NCBI GenBank assembly: GCA_963815215.1
Contig: CAWFFU010000011.1
Coordinates: forward strand, 416,001 to 480,000
Reading direction: 5' to 3'
DNA from: an uncultured Trueperaceae bacterium
GTDB taxonomy: Bacteria; Deinococcota; Deinococci; Deinococcales; Trueperaceae
DNA length: 64,000 nt
The translations under genes and the position numbers were made by a program. Of this stretch, positions 48,926 through 59,381 are shown in pieces (the first letter of the stretch is position 1; each line of letters opens with the position of its first letter). The notes under the pieces were generated by a model that worked only from the letters and a program-made list of their open reading frames with translations, searched no databases and was not told the origin of the DNA.

Positions 48926-49483
48926 ATGGACGCTCACGCGCTGGGTCTGCTCGATATCGTGATCCGCACCGTCGCGGCGCACACCGTGACCTACACCGTG
49001 GTCGGCATCGCCGCCATGAACGTCTTCCGCTACACCCGGGCCCTCCGGGAAGACCCCGTGCGTCGGGCGACGCTGCGTGACACCTCCAACCCGTGGGTGA
49101 TGGCCGGTCCGCTCCTCCAACCGCTTCGCGGCGCGCTCTTCGGGCTCGTCTTCTACCTGCTCAGGGACACGCTCTTCGCCCCGAACGGCTGGCTCGTCCT
49201 GTGGGTCATGCTCGTCTCCGTCGGCATCCTCGGCACCTTCGCCCCGGCCCCCTCCTCCATCGAGGGCTGGATCTACCTCGAGCGCTCCGCGAGCGGCCCT
49301 CTCTGGGGCGGCCTCGTCGAGATCCTGACCCAGTCGTTGTTGCTGTCCGTGGTGAGCTTCCTGTGGATCACGAACCCGGCTGCCGCGTGGCTCGATTGGG
49401 TCCTGGGGGTCCTCTTCGTGCTGACGTTGGCGATGCCCGCCCTGGGCCTGGTGGCGGCGCGCGCCGCGCGCCGTTCAGCGTAG
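48926..49483 (+). CDS. Hypothetical membrane protein (about 5 TM)
   Basis: Hydrophobic segments, GC-rich third positions, GPLLQPLRG and PAPSSIEGWIY motifs. Confidence 0.8.
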   Translation: MDAHALGLLDIVIRTVAAHTVTYTVVGIAAMNVFRYTRALREDPVRRATLRDTSNPWVMAGPLLQPLRGALFGLVFYLLRDTLFAPNGWLVLWVMLVSVGILGTFAPAPSSIEGWIYLERSASGPLWGGLVEILTQSLLLSVVSFLWITNPAAAWLDWVLGVLFVLTLAMPALGLVAARAARRSA

Positions 49484-49668
49484 AAGGGCCGGGAGCGTCC
49501 CGGGGCGCCCACGGCAGACCGCTCCGGCCGATCCCGACGCACCCGACCCGATCGCCAGGCTCCCATCGCCCGGCCAGGCGCCCCGGCCCTGAGGGCCAAA
49601 CGCCATCTCGCTTCCGGTGCGCCGAACCTCTACACTACGGGCGGAGCGGCCGTCGAGGGAGTCCCACC

Positions 49669-50850
49669 ATGGCGGACGTCGGAGCAACCCCCCTGCAGTA
49701 TCTCGACAGGGCCCTGGGAACGGTCCGCGAGCTCGGCCTGATGCCCGAGCACAGCGGCGACCAGGAAGCGCCCATCACGGCTCTGCTGAAGCGGATCAGC
49801 AGCCTCGACGAGGCGAAGGTGGTCGTGATCGCCCGCACGCTCGACCAGGCGTCGCTGTTCAACGACGTCGTGCGCGAGCAGGTGGGCGCCAGCGACATCG
49901 CCACCCGCTACGAGACCATCACCCACGCCTTCAACAGCATCCGCGACGACGCCAAACGCATGGTGGACCAGATCGAGGACGGCAAGATCACCACTTTCGA
50001 GCGCCTCGCCAACGTCTGGATGAAGGTGACCCGCGGCGACGTCGCCTCCCGCTTCGACACCATCAAGCGCAGCTTCCTCGAGGTCACGCGGTCCACGCTG
50101 GATCAGGTCGAGCGTGAGCGGCGCATCCTCGAGGCCTACCAGGACTTCCGAGGGGCGTTGAAGGAGGCCGAGATCCTGGCGCTGGAGGTGCTGAAGGCCG
50201 CCGACGCGGAGCTGGCCGGCGCCCGGCAGGCGGTCGCCGATGCCGCCGACCATGTGACGGCCGCCCCGGCGGACGACCTGACGGAGCGGGCGCGGCGCGA
50301 GCTGGCGCGCGACGAGCGCGTGCGGGCGCTCCAGACGTCGGAGGCGCGCTACCAGATCGCCAAGGACCTGTCCGACAACCTGACCGTCGCCTACCACACC
50401 TCCGAGGTCATCATGACCCGGCTGCTGCAGACCACCAACGCCAAAGAACGCGTGCACGCGCAGTCGGTCAGCTTCTTCTCCACCAACGAGACCGTCCTCA
50501 CGGCGCTCAGCGCCTCGTTCACCGGCATGTTCGGCCTGCACGAGAGCACCCGCACCATCGAAGCGATGAAGGAAGGGGTCGGCAAGTCGCTCGAGGACCT
50601 CGCAGAGGTCGGCGGTCAGGTGCAGGAAGCGGCCCTCCGGGCCGGCTACGGGCCGACGATCCGCGCCGAAGCCGTGAAGAAGCTGGTCGAGTCGGTGGTG
50701 GCCTACCAGACGCACGCACGCGAGATCATCGAGGAGATGCGCGCGAAGAGCACGGCGAACGCGCGTGAGATCCGGGAGGCGGTGGAGGACGGCAAGCGCC
50801 GCCTGGCGCGCCTGGCCGAGCAGGGCGAGGCGTCCGCGCCGACGGCATGA
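49669..50850 (+). CDS. Uncharacterised all-helical coiled-coil protein (TelA-like size and composition)
   Basis: 393 aa, GAGGGAG SD, heptad-rich, no signal peptide; stop overlaps the next ATG. Confidence 0.8.
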   Translation: MADVGATPLQYLDRALGTVRELGLMPEHSGDQEAPITALLKRISSLDEAKVVVIARTLDQASLFNDVVREQVGASDIATRYETITHAFNSIRDDAKRMVDQIEDGKITTFERLANVWMKVTRGDVASRFDTIKRSFLEVTRSTLDQVERERRILEAYQDFRGALKEAEILALEVLKAADAELAGARQAVADAADHVTAAPADDLTERARRELARDERVRALQTSEARYQIAKDLSDNLTVAYHTSEVIMTRLLQTTNAKERVHAQSVSFFSTNETVLTALSASFTGMFGLHESTRTIEAMKEGVGKSLEDLAEVGGQVQEAALRAGYGPTIRAEAVKKLVESVVAYQTHAREIIEEMRAKSTANAREIREAVEDGKRRLARLAEQGEASAPTA

Positions 50851-51752
50851 CGGAAGCGCCCGCCACCCGGGCCGGGGCCCCGCTCGACGACATCATGCTC
50901 GCCATGGACGTGGTGGACACGCTGCGCCAGCGACGCCAGCTGGTGGAGCAGGAACTCGACGAGCCGGCGCGCGCCCAGGACCTCATCGAGCGTCTGCGGA
51001 AGATCTACGCCGCACAGGGGATCGAGGTTCCCGACGACATCCTGGCGCAGGGCGTGGCCGCCCTGGCGCAGGAACGCTTCGTCCATCGACCGACACCGCC
51101 GTCGCTCGCGACCGCGCTCGCCAGGATCTACGTCACGCGGCGCCGGTGGGGCGCATGGCTGGTCGCCTGCCTGGCGCTGGCCGCCGTGACGTACGGCGCC
51201 TATCGGACCGAGGTCGTCGCCCCGCGCGCCGCGCTGTCTGGGGAGCTGACGGCCGCGCACGCCGCGGTCCTGCGGCTCGCGGCCGTACCGGAAGCCACCG
51301 ATCGCGCCGACACCCTCTACGACGCGGCGCGCACGGCCCTGGGACAGCGCAGCTATGCGGCGGCCCGGGCCGGTCTGGCCGACCTTCAGGCGCTCACGGC
51401 GACGCTCGAGCAGACCTACACCGTGCGCGTGGTCAACCGTCCCGGCCAGCCGTCGGGAGTCTGGCGAATCCCCGACGTGAACCCCACGGCACGGAACTAC
51501 TACCTCATCGTCGAGGCCCGGGGGCCCGACGGGACCTCCGTGACGGCCACCGTACGCAACGAGGAGACCGGCGACAGCGTGCCGGTCGAGCGATGGGGCG
51601 TTCGCGTCGACGAGGCCACCTTCCAGGCCGTGGCACGGGATAAGCAGGACGACGGCATCATCCAGGCCGACATCGTCGGCCTCAAGCGCCGCGGCGCACT
51701 GGACCCCAGCTACACCATCCCCACCACCGGAGCGGCCATCACGCACTGGTAG
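50847..51752 (+). CDS. DUF6384-like single-pass membrane protein
   Basis: LDDIMLAMDVVDTLR N-terminus recalled as typical of this family; one TM (WGAWLVACLALAAVTYGAY); C-terminal RNYYLIVEA, WGVRV, AITHW. Confidence 0.75.
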   Translation: MTEAPATRAGAPLDDIMLAMDVVDTLRQRRQLVEQELDEPARAQDLIERLRKIYAAQGIEVPDDILAQGVAALAQERFVHRPTPPSLATALARIYVTRRRWGAWLVACLALAAVTYGAYRTEVVAPRAALSGELTAAHAAVLRLAAVPEATDRADTLYDAARTALGQRSYAAARAGLADLQALTATLEQTYTVRVVNRPGQPSGVWRIPDVNPTARNYYLIVEARGPDGTSVTATVRNEETGDSVPVERWGVRVDEATFQAVARDKQDDGIIQADIVGLKRRGALDPSYTIPTTGAAITHW

Positions 51753-51771
51753 CGCTCGGAACGGACACGGC

Positions 51772-53187
51772 ATGATCTCGGGACGACAACCCCTGGCCTC
51801 CATCGAAACGGAGGTCGAAAGCGAGCGCAAGGCCAATGAGGAACTGGACCGTCGCGTGGCCGAGGGCAGTGCACGCCTCATGGAGGTCGGCAAGGCGCAG
51901 ACGGCTGCCTACCGCGAGCTGGCCCGGCTGCGCGTCGGCTCGCTGGCAGCCGGGACCGTCACCGAGACGCTCGACGCCGCCGAACAGCGGGTGAGCGCAC
52001 TGTTGCGCAGCCGCGAGGCCGCCACCGAGGCGCTGGCCGACGAACTACGCACCGCCGACGAGGACCGCTCCGCGCTGGAGGCCCAGCGCGCAACGCAGGC
52101 TAGGACCCTGGAACAGGCCGCCGCCGCTGTCGACGCCGCCGAGGCGCGCACGCAGGAGCGCCTCACAGCGCAGCCGGCCTACCGCTCGCAGCTCGATCGC
52201 GCCGAGAAGCTCGACCGCATCGCGAAGCACGCCGAGGAGAAAGCCACGCGGAGCGAGCAGGAGCTGGACGAGAAGGGGCGGGCGTACCGAGAGGACCCCC
52301 TGTTCATGTACCTGTGGAAGCGGCGCTTCGGGACGTCGGACTACCGGGCCGCCCCGCTGTTCCGCTGGCTCGACGGGAAGGTAGCGCTCCTGGTGGGCTA
52401 TGCGGAGCCCCGGGCCGACTACGCCCGCCTCCTGGAGATCCCCGTGCGCCTCCGGGAGCACGCCACCGCGTCCCGCCGACGCGCCGACGTCGAACTCGAC
52501 GAGCTCGCCGAGCTCGACCGGAGAGCGCGCGCTGCCGACGGCATCCCTGCCCTCGAGTCGATCGCAGCGGAGGAGGCGCGGCGGCTCGAGACCCTGGACC
52601 GGGGGCTCGAGCAACGGGCCGCGGCGGTCCAGACGCTGCTCGATCGCAGACAGCGGTTCGCGGCCGGTGAAGACGACGCCTACCGCGAGGCGATCGACGT
52701 CCTCGCCGCCGGTCTGCGCACCGAGCAGCTCCAGGCCCTGCGCCAGGAGGCGCTGGCGACCCCCTTCCCCGAGGATGACGTGGCCATCGGACGTCTGATC
52801 GACCTGCAACAGGAACAGCATCGTCTCGAGACCGCTGCACAGGAGCTCACCGCGGCGTTGCAGCAGCATCGCGACCGCCTCCGTCAGCTCGAGTCGCTCG
52901 GCTCGGAGTTCAGGCGGCGTCAGTACGACCTGCCCGGGCACGGCTTCCAGGACGGCGCCCTGGTCGCGACTGTGCTGGCCAACGTCATCGGCGGGATGCT
53001 CTCCCGCGATGCGCTGTGGCGCGTGCTGGAGCAACAGCGCCGCTACGCCCCGCCGCGGTCCAACCCGACGTTCGGTTCCGGCGGCTTCGGCCGGGGCTCA
53101 CCCTGGGCCGGTGGGCACGGCCCACGCGGGGGCGGCGGCCATGGCGGCGGTCATGGCGGCGGGTTCCGTACCGGCGGCAAGTTCTGA
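51772..53187 (+). CDS. Long coiled-coil protein with Gly-rich tail
   Basis: Heptad repeats, central DPLFMYLWKRRFGT motif, amphipathic LVATVLANVIGGML, tail GGGFRTGGKF. Confidence 0.8.
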   Translation: MISGRQPLASIETEVESERKANEELDRRVAEGSARLMEVGKAQTAAYRELARLRVGSLAAGTVTETLDAAEQRVSALLRSREAATEALADELRTADEDRSALEAQRATQARTLEQAAAAVDAAEARTQERLTAQPAYRSQLDRAEKLDRIAKHAEEKATRSEQELDEKGRAYREDPLFMYLWKRRFGTSDYRAAPLFRWLDGKVALLVGYAEPRADYARLLEIPVRLREHATASRRRADVELDELAELDRRARAADGIPALESIAAEEARRLETLDRGLEQRAAAVQTLLDRRQRFAAGEDDAYREAIDVLAAGLRTEQLQALRQEALATPFPEDDVAIGRLIDLQQEQHRLETAAQELTAALQQHRDRLRQLESLGSEFRRRQYDLPGHGFQDGALVATVLANVIGGMLSRDALWRVLEQQRRYAPPRSNPTFGSGGFGRGSPWAGGHGPRGGGGHGGGHGGGFRTGGKF

Positions 53188-53453
53188 ACGCGCACCTGCT
53201 CCTGCGACCTTGACGTAGCGCGATCGAGCGCGACTGAGGGCGACCGAGCGCGACCGGCGCGCACAGGACGACCGGCCGCGGCCCTCATCGTCCTCCCACC
53301 CATCCTGCACGGTCCTTGCACCTGGCCTCCACCGCTTCCTCGAATCCGACGCCTACCCTCGGAGGCATCGGGAGGCGCCCGGAGCAACCGCCGGGTGAAC
53401 CCCGCACGGCCCCCGCCCCAGCGACCCGCGGTGCGGCCAGGAAGGGAAGGACC

Positions 53454-54131
53454 ATGACCACGATCACCCCCCATCTGAAGCGAGCCACTGTCCGGTTCGG
53501 TACGACGCTTGCCGTGGCTCTCGCGCTCGGCCTAGGACTGGCGTTCGCACAGCCCAGCATCGCCATCGGCAACCTGACGATGCAGAGCGGAACCATGGCG
53601 TCCTACCTCACGAACAGCGCCACCGGCGGCACCACCGGCCTATGCTTCCATAACAGCACCGGCAGCGGCAGCACCAGCTACGCCTGCTTCGAACGTGCTC
53701 TGAGGGTCAGCGGACTCGGCGCCATGGTGAACGGTTCGAAGCCGGTCACCGTCTTCGCGCCCACCGACGCGGCCTTCGCCCACCTCGAGGACACCGTCGG
53801 CGTCGGCGCATTCCAACGCTTCATGGCCAGCCCGACGGCTATGGCCGCCTTCGTCAGGAGCTCGATCGTGAACGGTACCATCACCGTCAACGACCTCGCC
53901 TACCACGCTCCCATCGCGACGGCCGCGACCTCCGTCACCACGGTGGCCGGGACGCCGCTCGCCGTCTCCTTCGGCTCGGTCGGCTACGGCACCTCGAGCA
54001 CTACGGTCGACGTCGGCCCTTCGGGCGCGGTCGACGGCCAGAGCTTCGTCATCGGGACCACCGTCATGTTCGCCGACGGTAGCGCACTGATCCCGCTCGG
54101 CCGCATCACCCTCACCTCCTTGGGCGCCTAG
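53454..54131 (+). CDS. Secreted fasciclin (FAS1) domain protein
   Basis: Signal peptide ending AFA; H1 motif PVTVFAPTDAAF. Confidence 0.75.
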   Translation: MTTITPHLKRATVRFGTTLAVALALGLGLAFAQPSIAIGNLTMQSGTMASYLTNSATGGTTGLCFHNSTGSGSTSYACFERALRVSGLGAMVNGSKPVTVFAPTDAAFAHLEDTVGVGAFQRFMASPTAMAAFVRSSIVNGTITVNDLAYHAPIATAATSVTTVAGTPLAVSFGSVGYGTSSTTVDVGPSGAVDGQSFVIGTTVMFADGSALIPLGRITLTSLGA

Positions 54132-54175
54132 CGACCCCGAGAAGGACCTCGCCCCGAGGGCACGCGGAGCGAGGT

Positions 54176-54206
54176 TGGGCGCCGGGACCGGTGGTCCCGG
54201 CGCCCA
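54176..54206. terminator. Hairpin between convergent genes
   Basis: Perfect 14-bp arms TGGGCGCCGGGACC / GGTCCCGGCGCCCA. Confidence 0.7.
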
Positions 54207-54275
54207 CGTCTTGCGGGCGCCCGCCGGCACGTCGCCACCGGCGACCGGCCGGCCACAACCACCGGCCGACGACCG

Positions 54276-55196
54276 TCACTCCGCCTCACCCGGGCCGAGC
54301 CGCTCCTCCCACGCCTCCAGCGACCGCGGCCAGTCCTTGCCGAGCAGCCTTGACAGCGAGCGGTCGGCGAGCACCGTGCCGCCGGTCTGACAGGTGGCGC
54401 AGTAGTTCGTCTCCCGATCGACGTAGCGGATGCGCTGCACGGGATCGCCACAGCGGGGGCAGGGCTCGCGGTAGCGACCATGTACCGCCATCCCCTCCTG
54501 GAAGGCGGTGAGCTTCGGCCAGCGGCCCCCATCGACGCCCTCCGACAGGCGCGCGATCCAGGTCGCGAGCACCTCCCGAGTGGCGTGGTGGAGGCGATCG
54601 ATCGCCTCCTCGTCGAGCGAGCTGGTGAGCGCGACCGGGGAAAGACGGGCGGCATGCAGGATCTCGTCGGCGTAAGCGCCGCCGATGCCGGCGAACAGGC
54701 TCGGCGTGGTGAGGGCGCGTTTGAGCGTGTGCCGTTCGCTCCGCAGGACCGCGGCGAAGCTCCGCCGGTCGGCCTCGAGCGGCTCCAGCCCGCCGGCGTC
54801 GTGCGGGACCAACCCCGCCTCGCCCACCACCGCGTGCAGCGATGCCATGCGCCGCGTGCCGGCCTCGGTCAGCAGCAGTGTGCCGTGCCCGAAGTCGAAC
54901 GCGGCCAGCCCGCGCTTGCCGGGCAGCCCCGCTCCGGGCTTGCCCCACGACAGGCGCCCGGCCAGCATCAGATGCAGCACCAGGAACAGCGGCGGTGCCG
55001 GCTCCTCGAACGCCAGCACCAGCCGTTTACCGATCCGGCGCGTGCCGGTGACGAGGCGCGCCCTGAAGGCGTCCAGCCCGGGCTCCACCGAGCGCAACAG
55101 GAACACGCTGCGCAGGCGCACCCCGATGAGCTCATGGCCGACGACGCGCTCCGACAGCGCCGCGCGGTAGGCCTCGATGTCGGGCAACTCGGGCAT
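54276..55196 (-). CDS. Fpg/Nei family DNA glycosylase/AP lyase
   Basis: MPELPD, RIGK, HLMLAG, AGIGGAYADEIL (H2TH), CPRC...CATCQ zinc finger. Confidence 0.92.
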   Translation of the reverse strand: MPELPDIEAYRAALSERVVGHELIGVRLRSVFLLRSVEPGLDAFRARLVTGTRRIGKRLVLAFEEPAPPLFLVLHLMLAGRLSWGKPGAGLPGKRGLAAFDFGHGTLLLTEAGTRRMASLHAVVGEAGLVPHDAGGLEPLEADRRSFAAVLRSERHTLKRALTTPSLFAGIGGAYADEILHAARLSPVALTSSLDEEAIDRLHHATREVLATWIARLSEGVDGGRWPKLTAFQEGMAVHGRYREPCPRCGDPVQRIRYVDRETNYCATCQTGGTVLADRSLSRLLGKDWPRSLEAWEERLGPGEAE

Positions 55197-55524
55197 GATG
55201 CGCTCCCCTCCCGGCCCGGTCGCGGGGCGCGCCCGGGCGATCTGTGCGACTCCTCCCCCGATGATAGGGGCGCCCATCGCCCGGCGCGCGCCGGGCCCCG
55301 CCGGGGAGATAGATGAAGCGCATTACACTCCCGCCGGTGGCGCGGGCATAGTCTGAATCCGGTCCACACCTGAGGGGACCATTGAAGGGACGCTCGAGGA
55401 GGCCGCGCGCACGCCGTGGCGTTGCGACTCCCCGCCCACGCTCGGCTGCGCCGCCGCATCGGCCGCGCCCACGTACCCGCCTGCTCGCAGGCGCGGCGCG
55501 GGCGACGCCCGGGGAGGACCCTTC

Positions 55525-55872
55525 ATGAGCGACTTCTTCCACGACCCCACGACCGACGATTCAGGCGATACCTTCGTCATCCACACCGCGGACGGGCTGA
55601 CGATCGAGCTCTGTCCTAGCTGCCTGACCGTGCGGCCCCGTGGCGCGGCGGATACGTTGGCGCTGGCGCGCGTGCCCCTCAACCTCGATCGCATCGAAGG
55701 CGTGGCGGCGGGGAGCCAGGTCACCGCCCACGCCACGCACGCCCACCTGCTCACCGTCCGCCGCGAGCCCGGAGGACTCGACGTGTGCGTCAGCACGCCG
55801 CACCTCGAGGTCTTGCGCCGCCACCTGCCGATCCCGCCCCAGGTTCGACCCGCGGCCACCGGCCGGCCCTAG
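55525..55872 (+). CDS. Hypothetical protein
   Basis: GGAGG SD 8 nt before ATG; fills the gap between neighbouring genes. Confidence 0.65.
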   Translation: MSDFFHDPTTDDSGDTFVIHTADGLTIELCPSCLTVRPRGAADTLALARVPLNLDRIEGVAAGSQVTAHATHAHLLTVRREPGGLDVCVSTPHLEVLRRHLPIPPQVRPAATGRP

Positions 55873-55893
55873 ACCCACGGGCGGCCCCGGGCC

Positions 55894-56700
55894 TCAGCGG
55901 TGCCGCTCGAGGCCCGCCCGCTGCAGCACCAGCGCCGCGAGCTCCTCCACCGACAGCGCGCTGGCATCCTGGAACGGGATGCCGTGGCGCCGGAACAGGC
56001 GTTCGGCCTGGCCCACCTCGAACGCGCAACGACGCTGCGCCGCGTAGGCGCTCCCGGGCCGGCGCTGCTCCCGCAGCTCGTGCAGGCGCTGCGGCGCGAT
56101 CGTCAACCCGAAGAGTCGGCCGCGGTACGGCGCCACCGGTTCCGGTAACCCGTCTCGCTCGAAGTCGTCCTCGGCCAGCGGGTAGTTCGCCGCCCGCACT
56201 CCGTACTGAAGCGCCAGGTAGAGGCAGGTCGGGCTCTTCCCGACCCGCGACACCCCGATCATCACCACTTCGGCATGCCCGTAGCGCCCCACGTTGGTCC
56301 CGTCGTCGGTGGCCAGCGAGTACTCGACCGCATCGATGCGCGCCTGGTAGCTCGCCAGATCCCGGATGCCATGGTAGGCGCCCACGCGCGCCTGCGGCGG
56401 GCTCCCGAACAGTTCCGCCAGCGGTCCCAGGAAGGGCTCGAACAGGTCGAAGTGGGCGCACGGAGCTGAAGCGATGCGCGCCCGGATCGCCGTGTCCGTG
56501 ATCGTCGAGAACACCACCGCGGTCTCGGGCAGGGCCGCGAGCTCCGAGGCCAGCGCGTCGGCACGCTGCGGCGTGTTCACGAACGGTCGCGTGGAGGTGC
56601 GGATGACCAGGCCGGCGAAGCGGGCCAGCAGGCTGTGCCCCAGCACCTCGGCGGTGACGCCGGTATGGTCCGAGACGAAGTACACCGGCCGAGCGGTCAC
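55894..56700 (-). CDS. ppsR: PEP synthase regulatory kinase/pyrophosphorylase
   Basis: FVSDHTGVTAE, RIDAVEYSLATDDG, GVSRVGKSPTCLYLA; divergent from ppsA. Confidence 0.93.
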   Translation of the reverse strand: MTARPVYFVSDHTGVTAEVLGHSLLARFAGLVIRTSTRPFVNTPQRADALASELAALPETAVVFSTITDTAIRARIASAPCAHFDLFEPFLGPLAELFGSPPQARVGAYHGIRDLASYQARIDAVEYSLATDDGTNVGRYGHAEVVMIGVSRVGKSPTCLYLALQYGVRAANYPLAEDDFERDGLPEPVAPYRGRLFGLTIAPQRLHELREQRRPGSAYAAQRRCAFEVGQAERLFRRHGIPFQDASALSVEELAALVLQRAGLERHR

Positions 56701-56924
56701 GGGCCCTCCCAACAGCCTGGCGGCGGCCGCACCGCCCGGACTCCGCCCCCGCGGTGCAGGCGTCGTGTGGGCCGTGTACCTCGGCCGGAACACGCGGACC
56801 GCTGGGTGCGGTAGCTTGGGTCCGGACCGAGCAGGTAAAGGCCAGGGGAGCAGCGCCGCTTCGAACTATCGTCGCTTCGGACCATCGTCGCTCCAGAGCA
56901 TAGGCCGCGCCGGGAGGAGACGTC

Positions 56925-59303
56925 GTGGAGTACATCGTCCCGTTCGAGGAAGTCGGGCTCGCCGACATCGCGAGGGTGGGGGGCAAGAACGCGTCGATAG
57001 GTGAGATGATCGGCCACCTGCGCGACGCCAACGTGCGGGTGCCGGAGGGCTTCGCTACCACCGCGGCGGCGTTCGAGGCCCACCTGCACGACACCGGCCT
57101 GAAGGAGCGCATCGCTGCGTTGCTCGAGGACGTCGACGAGCAGGACGTCGGCCGCCTGAGTGAGCGGGGCCGGGAGGTGCGCGCGCTGGTGCTCGCCACG
57201 CCGCTCCCCGCCGAGCTGGCGGACGCCGTGCGTCGGGCCTACCGCGCCATGGGCGGGGTTGCCGAGGCCACCGTGGCCGTCCGCTCGTCGGCGACGGCCG
57301 AGGACCTGGCCGAGGCGTCGTTCGCCGGTCAGCAGGAGACCTTCCTCAACGTGCGGGGCGAGGCGTCGGTGCTCGAGCACGTACGCAAGGTGTACGCCTC
57401 GCTCTTCACCGACCGCGCCATCGCCTACCGGCTCCACCACGGCTTCGAGCACACCGAGGTCGCCATCTCCGTCGGCATCCAGCGCATGGTCCGCAGCGAT
57501 CTCGGCGCCAGCGGCGTGGCCTTCACGCTCGACACCGAGTCGGGGTTCGACGGGGTGGTCTTCGTCACGGCTGCCTACGGGCTCGGGGAGCTGCTGGTGC
57601 AGGGCGCGGTCAACCCCGACGAGTACTACCTGTACAAGCAGGGCCTGCGCGCCGGCAGGCCGGCCGTGCTGCGGCGGCGCCTGGGCTCCAAGGCCGAGAG
57701 GATGGTGTACGGCACGGGCGACGCCCTGGTGGAGACGGTGCCCGTCCCCGAGGACGAGCGGCGCCGCTTCGCCCTCGCCGACCCGGACCTCGCCGACCTG
57801 GGGCGCCAGGCCCTGGCGATCGAGGAGCACTACGGCCGTCCCATGGACATCGAGTGGGCCCGCGACGGCGAGGACGGCCTCATCTACGTGCTGCAGGCGC
57901 GGCCGGAGACCGTCCGGAGCCGCAGCGGCCGGGTGCTGGAGCGCTTCCGCCTGCTCGAGCAGGGCGACATGCTGGTGACCGGCCGCGCCGTCGGCTCGCG
58001 CATCGCCGCCGGCACGGTGCGGGTGATCGCGTCAGCCGACGAGATGGACCGCGTCGAGAAGGGGGACGTGCTGGTCACGGACATGACCGATCCCAACTGG
58101 GAGCCGGTGATGAAACGCGCGGCCGCCATCGTCACCGACCGCGGGGGCCGCACCTGCCACGCCGCCATCATCGCGCGCGAGCTCGACATCCCCGCCGTGG
58201 TCGGTACCGGCGACGGCAGCGAGCGGCTGGCGACCGGCGACGAGGTGACCGTGAGCTGCGCCGAGGGCGACGAGGGACGCGTCTACCGCGGGCGCCCGCG
58301 CTACGACGTGGAGCGCATCGAACTCGACCGCATGCCTCCGCTGGCCGTCGATCTGATGATGAACGTGGCCTCGCCCGATCGCGCCTTCGCCTTCGCGCAG
58401 CTCCCCAACCGGGGGGTGGGCCTGGCCCGGCTGGAGTTCATCATCAACAACGACATCGGCGTTCATCCGCGTGCTTTGCTCGCCTACCCGGACGTGCCGC
58501 CCAAGGTACGTGAGGGCATCGAGCGGCGCAGCGCGGGTTACGGCTCCCCCGCGCGCTTCTTCGAGGAGAAGATCAAGGAGGGCGTCGCCACCATCGCCGC
58601 CGCCTTCGCGCCGGCTCCCGTCATCGTGCGCATGAGCGACTTCAAGTCCAACGAGTACGCCCACCTGCTGGGGGGCGAGGCCTTCGAGCCGCACGAGGAG
58701 AACCCGATGATCGGGTTCCGCGGCGCCTCGCGCTACCGGGCGGCGAGCTTCGCCGACGCCTTCGCCGCCGAGTGCCGCGCGCTGGTGCGGGCGCGCACCG
58801 AGATGGGCCTCGCCAACATCAAGGTGATGATCCCGTTCGTACGCACCGAAGGGGAACTCCTCGACGTGTTGGAACGCATGGCGGAGCACGGCCTGCGTCG
58901 CGGCGAGGACGGTCTGCAGATCATCATGATGTGCGAGGTGCCGTCGAATGCCATCCGGCCCGACGCCTTCCTCCAACACGTCGACGGCTTCTCGATCGGT
59001 TCCAACGACCTCACGCAGTTCACGCTGGCGCTCGACCGCGACTCGGGTCTGGTAGCCGATCTCTTCAACGAACGCGACCCGGCCGTCAAGGAGCTGATGG
59101 CCAACGCCATCGGCGCCTGCCGGAAGGCGGGCAAGTACATCGGCATCTGCGGCCAGGGCCCGTCGGACCACCCGGACCTGGCTCAGTGGCTGCTGGAGCA
59201 GGGGATCGACAGCATCTCGCTCAACCCGGACACGGTGTTGAAGACCTGGCTCTACCTGGCCGGCGAGCGCGACGCCTCGGGCGCCGATCGGGTGGAAGGC
59301 TGA
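56925..59303 (+). CDS. ppsA: Phosphoenolpyruvate synthase
   Basis: [62 protein letters not shown]. Confidence 0.97.
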   Translation: MEYIVPFEEVGLADIARVGGKNASIGEMIGHLRDANVRVPEGFATTAAAFEAHLHDTGLKERIAALLEDVDEQDVGRLSERGREVRALVLATPLPAELADAVRRAYRAMGGVAEATVAVRSSATAEDLAEASFAGQQETFLNVRGEASVLEHVRKVYASLFTDRAIAYRLHHGFEHTEVAISVGIQRMVRSDLGASGVAFTLDTESGFDGVVFVTAAYGLGELLVQGAVNPDEYYLYKQGLRAGRPAVLRRRLGSKAERMVYGTGDALVETVPVPEDERRRFALADPDLADLGRQALAIEEHYGRPMDIEWARDGEDGLIYVLQARPETVRSRSGRVLERFRLLEQGDMLVTGRAVGSRIAAGTVRVIASADEMDRVEKGDVLVTDMTDPNWEPVMKRAAAIVTDRGGRTCHAAIIARELDIPAVVGTGDGSERLATGDEVTVSCAEGDEGRVYRGRPRYDVERIELDRMPPLAVDLMMNVASPDRAFAFAQLPNRGVGLARLEFIINNDIGVHPRALLAYPDVPPKVREGIERRSAGYGSPARFFEEKIKEGVATIAAAFAPAPVIVRMSDFKSNEYAHLLGGEAFEPHEENPMIGFRGASRYRAASFADAFAAECRALVRARTEMGLANIKVMIPFVRTEGELLDVLERMAEHGLRRGEDGLQIIMMCEVPSNAIRPDAFLQHVDGFSIGSNDLTQFTLALDRDSGLVADLFNERDPAVKELMANAIGACRKAGKYIGICGQGPSDHPDLAQWLLEQGIDSISLNPDTVLKTWLYLAGERDASGADRVEG

Positions 59304-59381
59304 GATCCCGGCGCCGCCCGCACGCGCTCTGCGGCGGGCCGGCCGACGCACTCACGCCGGCCGGCCCGCTACAGTGGACGC

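Noticed and set aside
49093..49668. N-terminal extensions in the ORF track (also at 26127, 38145, 34811, 21215, 53316)
   Set aside because: They overlap other genes or are low-complexity; downstream starts have SD sequences or coupling and match domain boundaries.
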